Assembly: GCA_032718475.1 (NCBI GenBank)
Contig: JAUCBJ010007113.1
Span: forward strand, 1 to 64,000
Direction: 5' to 3'
DNA from: Nemertoderma westbladi
Lineage: Eukaryota > Animalia > Xenacoelomorpha
Length of the DNA: 64,000 bases
The position numbers and the translations under genes are program-made. Positions 40,448 to 52,200 of the stretch are shown here, in pieces. The notes beneath the pieces were generated by a model. That model was not told where the DNA came from. It saw nothing but the letters and a program-made list of their open reading frames with translations, and did no database searches. How positions within the stretch are numbered: position 1 is the stretch's first letter; each line of letters starts with the position of its first letter.

Positions 40448-40495
40448 TCTATTTATATGGCCATTTCATTCTCACGGACGTGTTCAGTAAATAAA
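40448..40495 (-). ncRNA. Relic minimal type-I hammerhead ribozyme at the Penelope 3' end
   Basis: Minus strand reads TTTATTTA-CTGAACA-CGTCCGTGAGAAT-GAAA-TGGCCA-TA-TAAATAGA: 8-bp stem I and palindromic stem III. Core G8 and stem II are mutated. Confidence 0.6.
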
Positions 40496-41934
40496 TTAAA
40501 ATATCATTAAAACACAATTTATAAACCTAAACCATAATATTAAATTTAACGTACGGTACACCTAATTATTATGCCACCAAATTCCGATATAGACAGTTGT
40601 ATGATTGGATGTATTAGATTAACATATTTAGATTTATCGTAATACTGTATGTAGGCCTAGAGATATAATTGTAGGCTACATGTGTTGTTAAGGTATTAGA
40701 CGTTCAACTGTTAAAAATTTAAAAATTAAAAATAAAAAGGGTGCTAAATATATTGTTGGCTCGGTAAAAATAGGTAACAGCAAAATGACGTATTTAAAAA
40801 AAAGTGTGCGTAACGTTAAAACCAGTAAATGATTAAAAATTGTTAAAAATTGTTGGTTCCAATATTAAGTCGTTGAATTACAAATTTACAAATAAAAGTG
40901 AGGCTGGTAAAAGGGTAAAAAAATTCTAAAAAATGTTGGTTCTGAAATAAAAAATCATTAAAATATATAATTTAAAAGTAAGGAAAAGAATACCTAAGCC
41001 ATGAGCTGCATAAAATTGAGGGGGATAAAAGGACACATATTACTGTTACTAAATAAAAGGAATCCCTACAAGATTACATATTACAAATTTTAAAAAGGTT
41101 TTTGTTTTGGTATTTCCTATTGAATACTAATATGTTCGGCTATAGTACGTACATTACAGCTGGCTGACACAATGTATATTACAGCAAGTAGAGCGTACTG
41201 CACAGTTAATTAATTATTAGAGGTGGTGTGAGTTTGTTACATCCAAATGTTAGGTGGGGGCGAGCCATCGGGTCAAAGTTTCATTCTATAGAAGTGGTAC
41301 CAGTTTATTGAGGGGTGGGCGGTGGCAATTAATAAGTAATGCTTCAGTATGAATACGACGCTGGTGGTTACGAAATTGCTGGACGCATGTTACTTCGTAA
41401 TTATTACAGCTACTGAAATGTTGAAGCAATAGCACCTCCGGTTAGTTGTTGTCACAGTACATATCGGCTTGTTGTTCTTTATTGCCTTATCCAGAGCTTT
41501 CCTGTAGCTGTTGATGTTCTCCCGATGTTTATTGAGCCTCTTGTGCAGACGTTGTTCAGTTTGACCGAGGTAGTATTGATAGTGGTGAGTTTTACATTTA
41601 ATGATATAGAGAATGTTGCTGGATTTACAATCAAACCTCCTGATGATTGGCTCGCCCCACATGGTGTCTCTTTCATATCCGTAATTGCCAAGCAGGTGAG
41701 GAGGCAGCGGGGTTGCAAACATGCATGGTTACCTGGAGCTGGTTGTGGTTCCTGTTTACGTATTAGAAGCTTTCCCAAAGTAGGTGCATTTCGTGGGACA
41801 GTTTGTAATGTTACCTCTGAGTTTACACTTTTCGAGATATAAATGCCTTTGATGTTTGAAATGATTTGTTGAATCCGTTAGTCAGCGAATGCGCAGCAGT
41901 TCAGCTCGAACTATGGCTAGCAAGGATGGTTTGT

Positions 41935-42205
41935 GGTGAAGTAAATTTTCTTCGGCCGCTAGGCCAGGGATTACGCACAAAGTCTGACGACTTATTTCCA
42001 GTGCGGTCCCCTCAGAACTTTACTCCCTAGAGGAAACTCCAGTACTCATTTAGCTACCACTTAAGGATGCAAGGCAGAGATGCGCCCTGGCTGGTCCCTT
42101 TAAAGCATTCGTGCCGAAACGAAAACTGCCCTGGCCCATGTGAGGATCGAACCCACGACCTACAGGAGATGTGAATTCAATGCAACCACTACACCAAGGT
42201 GGAAC
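41935..42205 (-). mobile_element. tRNA-derived SINE inserted in the Penelope RT
   Basis: A box TGGTGTAGTGG and B box GGTTCGATCC; body CTCTGCCTTGCATCCTTAAGTGGTAGCTAAATGAGTAC resembles the recalled Nin/Deu SINE domain. It splits YRKP from LLRIR. Confidence 0.75.
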
Positions 42206-43317
42206 GATGGGTAGTTTATTAGACATTGGTTTCCTATATATTTTGGTTGTTAGTTTTGTTGAGTTTGAAGCTTGAATAGTAACATCTAGGTAGTTTATGG
42301 ATTTTCTGGAGTAGTCTACGGTAAACTGTATAGAGTTGTTATTGTATAGGTCTGAGCAGGCGGAGTTGAATGCATAGTTTAGTTGTTTTATATCAGTGTC
42401 AGTGAGCCATTCGTTATAAACACAAAGGCTGTCGTCCACTAATGTTCGAAAGTATAACAGGACCTGTAGCGAGATTGCGATCGCCCTCTTGAGCACTCTG
42501 TAACAACTTATGATGGCGTAATCTCCACTGTGGCTGCCTCCCATGGGCGCCCCAGCCAACCAACTGAAGGTATAATAGTCTCCCGAAAACCGGAAAAGGT
42601 TGTGAAACAGCAGGAAACTCAATATTGCTGCTAGTTGTTCGGTGGTGAATTTGGAGCGGTATGGTAACGTAGGGTCCTCGCTGAGTGCTTGCATAGTGGC
42701 TTCGATGCCTAGTTCGGTGTGGGATGGCTGTGAACATGTCGAACATCTACCGTAACAAAAGTGTAGTGATATGTTGATCCTTGTCTGGGTAGGGTTTCTT
42801 TTAAGTCCAATGAGCTCTTTAAATAGTTCGACGCTGTGGTAACAAGTGGGTGCAGGTAGTGGTGCATTAGTTTAGATAGGGGAGTAAAGAACGCATCCGT
42901 ATTCGAAATTATAGGTCTGCCTTTGGGGATAAGTTTGCCGTTTGGGTGTTGAATCCACTCGGATCTTGGTCTGTGGTATTCTAGAGTTATAAACAAATAG
43001 CCTGTGGTAAACGTGTTGGGGAATAAGTAAAGGCGTACGAATGGGTTTGTGATTGCAAGCTGGTCGAGAAGCTGTCTACATTTTACGCGGAATTTAGCTG
43101 TGGGGTCTCTGGGTAAGTTTGTTGTGGATGTTGAGTTTCGAGGTAGTCTCGGGTCTTGGCACGTGTGCGTGATGCAGGTGTGTCTGATAGAGGCTGCTTC
43201 GCAGGTTGGGAGTTGTTGCTACGGGGCGTTGTGGTAGCATCCGGTTGATGCGGTAAGGGTGGTGAAGAAATACCGTTTGGTGTTATCCCTGTGGCTGTGG
43301 CTTTGGCACCCTGGGTA

Positions 43318-43755
43318 TTAATATATTTAATTGAATTTATTTATTTAATCCAGGCTCTAAAGGAGCAGCCCATAAAAACGATAATATCACATATATTGCA
43401 CAGCACAAAGATCTGCAGTAGATCTGCGTACAGAATGAACGGAACAGTTTGATTTTCATATCTTTACTACAGCCTGAGAATTTTCTTATTAAAAAATTGC
43501 CTCTTCTATATAGACTAGATAAATGATTAAGTATATCGAAACTATCATCGGTTGTATTGTGAAAGATGTGACCTAGATATTTATATTTGTTTACTGTTTC
43601 TAAATATTTGCCATTAATAGAGATGCTATTTACTACACTACTTTTATTTGGAAGGAAGTACATAAATTTTGATTTTTTTATATTATTTACAATGGAGTGC
43701 TTATCAGCGTAATCTACGTATGTTGAGATCAAATGTTTCATACCTTCTATGGAAT
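43318..43755 (-). mobile_element. 5'-truncated CR1/L2-group LINE fragment inside Penelope
   Basis: KKSK, YKYLG and KIKLFRSFC motifs; AATAAA-rich tail at ~43320-43347. Confidence 0.75.
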
Positions 43756-44439
43756 TAGATGGAATATTAGACCTTCTATGGAATGTTATTTGCTTGGAAC
43801 TGGGTGATTGTGGGGTTGGCTGGTGTATGGTTTATTTTATCAACTACAGGGAGGGTATTATTGAAACGTTTGCTGTGGTGTCTGAGTTTCGTAGCTGCTA
43901 TACCAACGTCCACTTTCGCTTCAGAAATTTGGGTTCCCGTAGTCCCCGCATGTGGTATAAAACTGAAACCGAGCCCAAGCACCTCATCTTGTGCCGCAGT
44001 CAGTACTGTACTCGATAGGTTGCTTACCGTGGCTTCCATTAATGGGAATGGATTAGTTGATAATGGGTCGTCTGGATCCAGTTCTCGTGGAGGTTTTGTG
44101 CTGTGATTATCCGCAAGAGACCGATGTTTGCTCGAGATAGCCGTGTCAATGCTTGTTCCATTACATAGTAACCCATATTGTAATTGTACTTATAACCATT
44201 CGGTTGCACGCGACCTCAAATTCCCGGTTTTCTATTAGAGGAAGGTCCTTTTAAGTACTCCCTCGTAAATAGAGGGGTAGAACTTTAATATTGATCCGAG
44301 ACGGGACGCCATAAATTGAGGCGGGAAGTTAGATTGGCGGCAAGATTTGAAGTAATCAATTTGTTGTAACGTAAGTACTTGGTTTAGTTTAAGTTTTAAA
44401 TAGTTTCTGACATCGCCACGAACGGCATCATTTCGACTT

Positions 44440-45455
44440 CCTTGCAGTACGTCAGCCAGGATTGAGAATAACTCGGTTTCACCATCTGATGAGAGTACGT
44501 GAGCTTCTGTGTCACAATATAATAATCCAATTCCAGCCACAATTACCTCTGGTATTCCATAAACTCTTAGGATGTACAGCATTTCACCTATATGGATTGA
44601 GTCGAATGCTTTCTTGAAGTCCACAAAAGTCAGAACAGCGCGGAGATTGTTTGACTTAATTCCCTCAATCAGTCTCCGTAGCACAAGTATCAGAGTTGTT
44701 GTTGATCTATTTGGTCGAAATCCGTTTTGGCTCTTACGCAGTGTCAGTTTCTCTATGTGAGGTCTAATTCTATCGATCCTATCTATTCTGACCTCGATTT
44801 TTGGTGGCTGCCCAAGCAAGTTGCTGAAGTGATCTTTCCACTTCCCAACACTTTCTTCAGAACTATCATCTTTGAGGCGCCCCTTATAAAAGCTTTTCCG
44901 ACCAGATACCTCATTTACAGTTTGCCAAGTAAGTCTTTATTGTTGCTGTATGTGAGCAGTTGTAATTTCTTCAATTTTATCCTGATGTCGTAGGCCAATT
45001 TCAGATCTTCCTTAGCGTTCTCAACCATGATTTCGGTAGTTGGTTGTTCGGTTTTTACTTTGTAGGCTAATCTTAAGATCTTCTCTCTTACAAGTAACCT
45101 CAGAGTCTTGCTATGGCCCATACTGTTTTCGTTTGGGTTTCTGGGGAATGTGCCTCTTGGCTGATTCGATTCCTTGTGGGCTTTTATTATATTCTGGTAT
45201 ATTGAATCGGTAGACTAACTGGTCTTCATCCATTGATTGAAGTACTTCAAAGCCGATTTGAACTTCTACTGTGTAAGCATCCTTTTCTGCATTGTCAGTT
45301 ATGAGTTTCTCAAAGTCATAGTTGATTCGCTTGCTTGTCCTGGGTTTGCTGGCTCTCAAACTGAGTCTGATCTCTGCAGTCTGGTCTGGTCCGAACCAAT
45401 TAGGTTGAACGGGCTTTATGGCTCGCAGTTAATCATGCTGATTCTCCACTTTTTG
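44440..45455 (-). mobile_element. RTE copy, middle part (same insertion as 39841-40393)
   Basis: Similar to 5905-7250; FVDFKKAFDS; VLQG is broken exactly at the Penelope TSD. Possible outer TSD ATGGTGA(C/T)AA at 39830 and 45471. Confidence 0.9.
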
Positions 45456-45953
45456 TGTGCGTCCAATTCTATGGTGATAAAGGAATATATTCTGGGTTGG
45501 AGTCTGGTGGAGTCCGAGTCGGGTTGACGCACACGTCAAATCATATAAAGACGAGGCCATATTTTGGCACTGTGCTGTGATGGTCCATTTCCGCAGGTAG
45601 ACCTAACGCCTCTTTTTACCTTTAGATTGCTCGGGTTCGCGCTCATTATAAATATACTGTGCGGAGTCTTAAAAGACAACAAGATACGGTAAAATGTTTT
45701 AATGTAATTCAGGCCTTATTAAATGGTAATGTATATATTAAAAGAAATCCGCAAATTGCGAGGAAACATTTGCGTAAACAGCTGTGGAAGGCTGCACAGT
45801 AGAAAAATAAATTGCTGATAAATTTGGTTCGGTGTATAAATTATTACATAATCAAAAAGTGGATAACGATTTAATTAAGTGAAATTGATGAGAAAATAAA
45901 GAATGCTATTAATTGCAATACCAATATTTTAATACCTAATTCTATTTCAAATA

Positions 45954-46082
45954 GTGCGGTGCACCAGGGCGGTGCACCGGGGCGGTGCACCAGGGTCGGA
46001 ACGTGCGGTGCACCAGGGCCGGAACGTGCGGTGCACCAGGGCCAGAACGTGCGGTGCACCAGAGCCCGTGCGGTGCGCCAAG
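45954..46082. repeat. GC-rich short repeats (GCGGTGCACCAGGG)
   Basis: About 7 copies; probably transposon subterminal repeats. Confidence 0.7.
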
Positions 46083-46724
46083 GATGCAAACTTCACTAAA
46101 GACTATATTTTATTGATAACTTTAAATGTGCAGTATTTTAGTGTGCAGTAAGTATATTAATTGTTATACCTACTGTAGTTACTCATATGTCTTCTATGTA
46201 CTGATACATATTTTACTTATATATAAATATATATCCATCATGTTACTTTACATATATCCTATATATTAATGATTTTAGTAATAAAGCCGTCGGGGCGAGA
46301 ATACCGAAATTAAATGAAAAAAAATTAAATTCAAGTACAACTCAGTGTACGTGGACAGATACAGAAGTGATTAATTATTATTCGAGAAATCAATCGCCTC
46401 TATAGATCTATGGATCTATCCTTGATTTTACCAAGGCATTCCATCTTGTAGAGGAGTTTAAGTTATTTTTAGAATTTATAATAAAGAAAGGTTTTTCTCA
46501 GTTTTAACTTAGATGTTTATTGTTTATTTAACGCATTCGAGAATGCTATGTTCGATGGAATACCCCGTTAACACCTATTAAATTTACTAATACTAATGGT
46601 TGTAGACAAGGGTCTATTTTATACCAGTTGGCCGGTGCTCTTTTGTGTTGTATTAAACATTCTATTAATTAGACTAAAAATTAGTAAAGTGGCCTGTTAT
46701 GTTGGATCTCATTTCTTTGGTTGT

Positions 46725-47637
46725 TTGGTTTACACTGATGGTGTATTATTAATGTGCGGTTCTGTCATTGGTTTACGCTGATGGTGTATTATTAATGTGC
46801 GGTTCTGTCATTGGTTTACACTGATGGTATATTATTAATGTGCGGTTCTGTCATTGGTTTACGCTGATGGTGTATTATTAATGTGCGGTTCTGTCATTGG
46901 TTTACACTGATGGTATATTATTAATGTGCGGTTCTGTCATTGGTTTACACTGATGGTATATTATTAATGTGCGGTTCTGTCATTGGTTTACACTGATGGT
47001 ATATTATTAATGTGCGGTTCTGTCATTGGTTTACGCTGATGGTGTATTATTAATGTGCGGTTCTGTCATTGGTTTACACTGATGGTATATTATTAATGTG
47101 CGGTTCTGTCATTGGTTTACGCTGATGGTGTATAATTAATGTGCGGTTCTGTCATTGGTTTACGCTGATGGTGTATTATTAATGTGCGGTTCTGTCATTG
47201 GTTTACACTGATGGTATATTATTAATGTGCGGTTCTGTCATTGGTTTACGCTGATGGTATATTATTAATGTGCGGTTCTGTCATTGGTTTACGCTGATGG
47301 TGTATTATTAATGTGCGGTTCTGTCATTGGTTTACGCTGATGGTGTATTATTAATGTGCGGTTCTGTCATTGGTTTATGCTGACGGTGTATTATTAATGT
47401 GCGGTTCTGTCATTGGTTTACGTTGATGGTGTATTATTAATGTGCGGTTCTGTCATTGGTTTACGCTGATGGTGTATTATTAATGTGCGGTTCTGTCATT
47501 GGTTTACGTTGATGGTGTATTATTAATGTGCGGTTCTGTCATTGGTTTATGCTGACGGTGTATTATTAATGTGCGGTTCTGTCATTGGTTTACGTTGATG
47601 GTGTATTATTAATGTGCGGTTCTGTCATTGGTTTACA
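46725..47637. repeat. Tandem array 3, 43-bp unit, 21 copies plus a 10-bp terminal microhomology
   Basis: Unit TTGGTTTAC(A/G)CTGATGGTGTATTATTAATGTGCGGTTCTGTCA; 913 = 21x43 + 10. Confidence 0.97.
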
Positions 47638-48166
47638 ATTTATGATAAACATTTGTACTAAATTTTGTACAGAGTATAATCTAAGTTAAGTACGGATATA
47701 GACCCAAATAAGTGTAAATGTAAATCATACCATTTCAGATTCGATGGAACCAACCACTAGTTAGGATAATTATTAACAACGTAGAGATTCCCATGTACAT
47801 ACAGCAGGCTGTATGTACATTAAGGTAAAACATTTGATTATATTATAAATGCATATTAGATAGGAATGTGTCCCCTGTGTTACGTAAAAGATCTGAATTT
47901 ATCTCTAAGTAAACTTAAACAGGAATTTAATTTTGCTACCACTAATAATTTGTGTGCTTTGCAGAAGCTTTATCTGATGAGTTTCTATGGTAGTCCGGTT
48001 TGGAACTTAAAATCCACGAAATCGTCATGGAATATAAATGTAGGGCGTGTATGGAACAGTCATCATCACATTGTTGAGGGTTTAGTTAACTTTATACATC
48101 AACAAGTAATGCTATGTACAGTAGTCGCTTCGTAGGTTTTTATAATGGTGTTTTGAATTCTAATAA

Positions 48167-48726
48167 GGGGCCGTGCACAAATGATGTCACGCTTTTATTG
48201 AAGATCCCCCCCCCCCCCCCCCCCCCCCCCCCTTGAACGTCACGTCACAAAAAATATCCAGTATAGTTAATAAAAACTGTCAACTTTGAAATTATTATGT
48301 TATTAATACTAAATGTTAATACTTCATTAATTCAGCTGTACACAATGACTAAACAAGGAAGACACCCCACATATTCACTCCCATGGGAATGACGACATCT
48401 GAGTTTCGACTTCGATCACCGGCAGTGCACCACGTATACGGCCGACTATTGTGCCACTTCCTGGGTCTAACTCTACCTCGTCCTTATCTACCCAGTCAAT
48501 GTGGTGTTCTTCATCTTTATCGCCACTTAGAATTCATTTCATCACCTCGATTCGCGATTACTTGAATAGATTTCACTTTGGCTGTTGATGTTGGTGTTAT
48601 GTATTTTATTTTTTCACCAAAGTGATATTGTGACGTCACCAGTATAGCTACTCCCCCATGTCACAAATTGTCACAAAATTGCCAACCCCGTCCCCTTCGA
48701 ACGTGACATCATTTGTACACGGCCCC
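48167..48726. mobile_element. MITE with TAA TSD (Zator or PIF/Harbinger type)
   Basis: TIR GGGGCCGTG(C/T)ACAAATGATGTCACG; TAA on both sides. Confidence 0.85.
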
Positions 48727-49264
48727 TAAACTGCCTGTGCAATTTTTAGCCCGTATTGTTTTCGCTGATTGTAGAAGTAACAGTGCAGTGGTGCAAATTT
48801 AAGATTTATAAGTAATGATTGCGGTGTTCCTATTGGTAATTTAAGCGCTTATTTAATTAAGCGCTTAATTAAGTGCTCTCCAATAGATTAATACAGGAAT
48901 TGGAAGTTCCGGGGTTCGATTTCGATGAAATAAAAGACAAATTTAATTATTTCATACCTGATCGGTTTATACCGAAAACAACAAAAAATGTGACAAAAAA
49001 TATTCAAATTATTGTATTTTTAAAATTACCGTTATAAATAAAACCAAACAATTCCCAGTCAAACACATATATAAACATGATAATAAAAAACAGGAATAGA
49101 AATACAAAAAAACATAATGAAAAACAAATATACTATTAATTTTCAACCATTTTTACAAATAAATAACATAAAACCCCATTTACACTGTATAAATAATACC
49201 TGTGCAGTGTGCAGCGTAGAGACTTAAAAAATAACAAAATAAATAGATTCAGAACAATATAATA

Positions 49265-52200
49265 GTGAGTCAGGCACAGCAACCCAGCCGCCACTCAGTA
49301 CAGAATGGGTGTCTAGCACAGACTCCCAGCCGCCACTCAGTACAGAATGGGTGTGTCTAGCAAGCCACCCAGCCGCCACTCCGTACAGAATGGGTGTGTC
49401 TAGCAAGCCACCCAGCCGCCACTCCGTATAGAATGGGTGTGTCTAGCACAGCCACCCAGCCGCCACTCCGTACAGAATTGGTGTGTCTAGCACAGCCACC
49501 CAGTCGCCATTCAGTACAGAATGGGTGTGTCTAGCACAGCCACCCCAGCCGCCACTCAGTACAGAATGGGTGTGTCTAGCACAGCCACCCAGCCGCCACT
49601 CAGTACAGAATGGGTGTGTCTAGCACAGCCACCCAGCCGCCACTCAGTACAGAATGGGTGTGTCTAGCACAGCCACCCAGCCGCCACTCCGTACAGAATG
49701 GGTGTCTAGCAAGCCACCCAGCCGCCACTCGTACAGAATGGGTGTCTAGCACAGCCACCCAGCCGCCACTCAGTACAGAATTGGTGTCTAGCACAGACTC
49801 CCAGCCGCCACTCAGTACAGAATGGGTGTGTCTAGCACAGCCACCCAGCCGCCACTCCGTACAGAATGGGTGTGTCTAGCACAGCCACCCAGCCGCCACT
49901 CCGTACAGAATTGGTGTGTCTAGCACAGCCACCCAGTCGCCATTCAGTACAGAATGGGTGTGTCTAGCACAGCCACCCAGCCGCCACTCCGTACAGAATG
50001 GGTGTGTCTAGCACAGCCACCCAGTCGCCACTCAGTACAGAATGGGTGTGTCTAGCACAGCCACCCAGCCGCCACTCCGTACAGAATGGGTGTGTCTAGC
50101 ACAGCCACCCAGTCGCCACCCCGTACAGAATGGGTGTGTCTAGCACAGCCACCCAGCCGCCACTCCGTACAGAATGGGTGTGTCTAGCACAGCCACCCAG
50201 CCGCCACTCCGTACAGAATGTGGTGTCTAGCACAGCCTCCCAGCCGCCACTCAGTACAGAATGGGTGTGTCTAGCACAGCCACCCAGCCGCCACTCCGTA
50301 CAGAATGGGTGTGTCTAGCACAGCCACCCAGCCGCCACTCCGTACAGAATGGGTGTGTCTAGCACAGCCACCCAGCCGCCACTCAGTACAGAATGGGTGT
50401 GTCTAGCACAGCCACCCAGCCGCCACTCCGTACAGAATGGGTGTGTCTAGCACAGCCACCCAGCCGCCACTCAGTACAGAATGGGTGTGTCTAGCACAGC
50501 CACCCAGCCGCCACTCCGTACAGAATGGGTGTGTCTAGCACAGCCACCCAGTCGCCACTCCGTACAGAATTGGTGTGTCTAGCAAGCCACCCAGCCGCCA
50601 CTCCGTACAGAATTGGTGTCTAGCACAGACTCCCAGCCGCCACTCAGTACAGAATGGGTGTGTCTAGCAAGCCACCCAGCCGCCACTCCGTACAGAATTG
50701 GTGTCTAGCACAGCCTCCCAGCCGCCACTCAGTACAGAATGGGTGTGTCTAGCACAGCCACCCAGCCGCCACTCCGTACAGAATGGGTGTGTCTAGCACA
50801 GCCACCCAGCCGCCACTCCGTACAGAATTGGTGTGTCTAGCACAGCCACCCAGTCGCCATTCAGTACAGAATGGGTGTGTCTAGCACAGCCACCCAGCCG
50901 CCACTCCGTACAGAATGGGTGTGTCTAGCACAGCCACCCAGTCGCCACTCAGTACAGAATGGGTGTGTCTAGCACAGCCACCCAGCCGCCACTCCGTACA
51001 GAATGGGTGTGTCTAGCACAGCCACCCAGCCGCCACTCAGTACAGAATGGGTGTGTCTAGCACAGCCACCCAGCCGCCACTCAGTACAGAATGGGTGTGT
51101 CTAGCACAGCCACCCAGCCGCCACTCAGTACAGAATGGGTGTGTCTAGCACAGCCACCCAGCCGCCACTCAGTACAGAATGGGTGTGTCTAGCACAGCCA
51201 CCCAGCAGCCACTCAGTACAGAATGGGTGTGTCTAGCACAGCCACCCCAGCCGCCACTCAGTACAGAATGGGTGTGTCTAGCACAGCCACCCCAGCCGCC
51301 ACTCAGTACAGAATGGGTGTGTCTAGCACAGCCACCCAGCCGCCACTCAGTACAGAATGGGGGTGTCTAGCACAGCCACCCAGCCGCCACTCAGTACAGA
51401 ATGGCTGTGTCTAGCACAGCCACCCAGCCGCCACTCAGTACAGAATGGGTGTGTCTAGCACAGCCACCCCAGCCGCCACTCAGTACAGAATGGGTGTGTC
51501 TAGCACAGCCACCCAGCCGCCAGTCAGTACAGAATGGGTGTGTCTAGCACAGCCACCCAGCCGCCACTCAGTACAGAATGGGTGTGTCTAGCACAGCCAC
51601 CCAGTCGCCACTCCGTACAGAATGGGTGTGTCTAGCACAGCCACCCAGCCGCCACTCAGTACAGAATGGGTGTGTCTAGCACAGCCACCCAGCCGCCACT
51701 CAGTACAGAATGGGTGTGTCTAGCACAGCCACCCAGCAGCCACTCAGTACAGAATGGGTGTGTCTAGCACAGCCACCCAGCCGCCATACAGTACAGAATG
51801 GGTGTGTCTAGCACAGCCACCCAGCCGCCACTCAGTACAGAATGGGTGTGTCTAGCACAGCCACCCAGCCGCCACTCAGTACAGAATGGGTGTGTCTAGC
51901 ACAGCCACCCCAGCCGCCACTCCGTACAGAATGGGTGTGTCTAGCACAGCCACCCAGCCGCCACTCAGTACAGAATGGGTGTGTCTAGCACAGCCACCCA
52001 GCCGCCACTCAGTACAGAATGGGTGTGTCTAGCACAGCCACCCAGCCGCCACTCAGTACAGAATGGGTGTGTCTAGCACAGCCACCCCAGCCGCCACTCC
52101 GTACAGAATGGGTGTGTCTAGCACAGCCACCCAGCCGCCACTCAGTACAGAATGGGTGTGTCTAGCACAGCCACCCAGCCGCCACTCCGTACAGAATGGG

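Larger units (their letters stand above)
40394..44439 (-). mobile_element. Decayed Penelope-like element (RT + GIY-YIG) inserted in the RTE
   Basis: VSNLSSTVLT..LGLGFSFIP, GRPIIS, GAPMGG, LVDD, YLDVTI and IYRKP; GIY-YIG region ILYIIKC..YYLGQT..RLNKH (41390-41722). 11-bp TSD CCTTGCAGTAC at 40383-40393 and 44440-44450. Confidence 0.9.
46420..48900 (+). mobile_element. Old CR1/L2-group LINE RT remnant hosting array 3 and a MITE
   Basis: LDFTKAF, NGCRQGSIL, GCLVYTDG(=YADD)VLLMCGSVIGLQFMINIC and FYGSPVW. Confidence 0.75.

Noticed and set aside
42120-42200. tRNA gene
   Set aside because: A and B boxes are present but there is no proper cloverleaf, and it continues into a SINE body.
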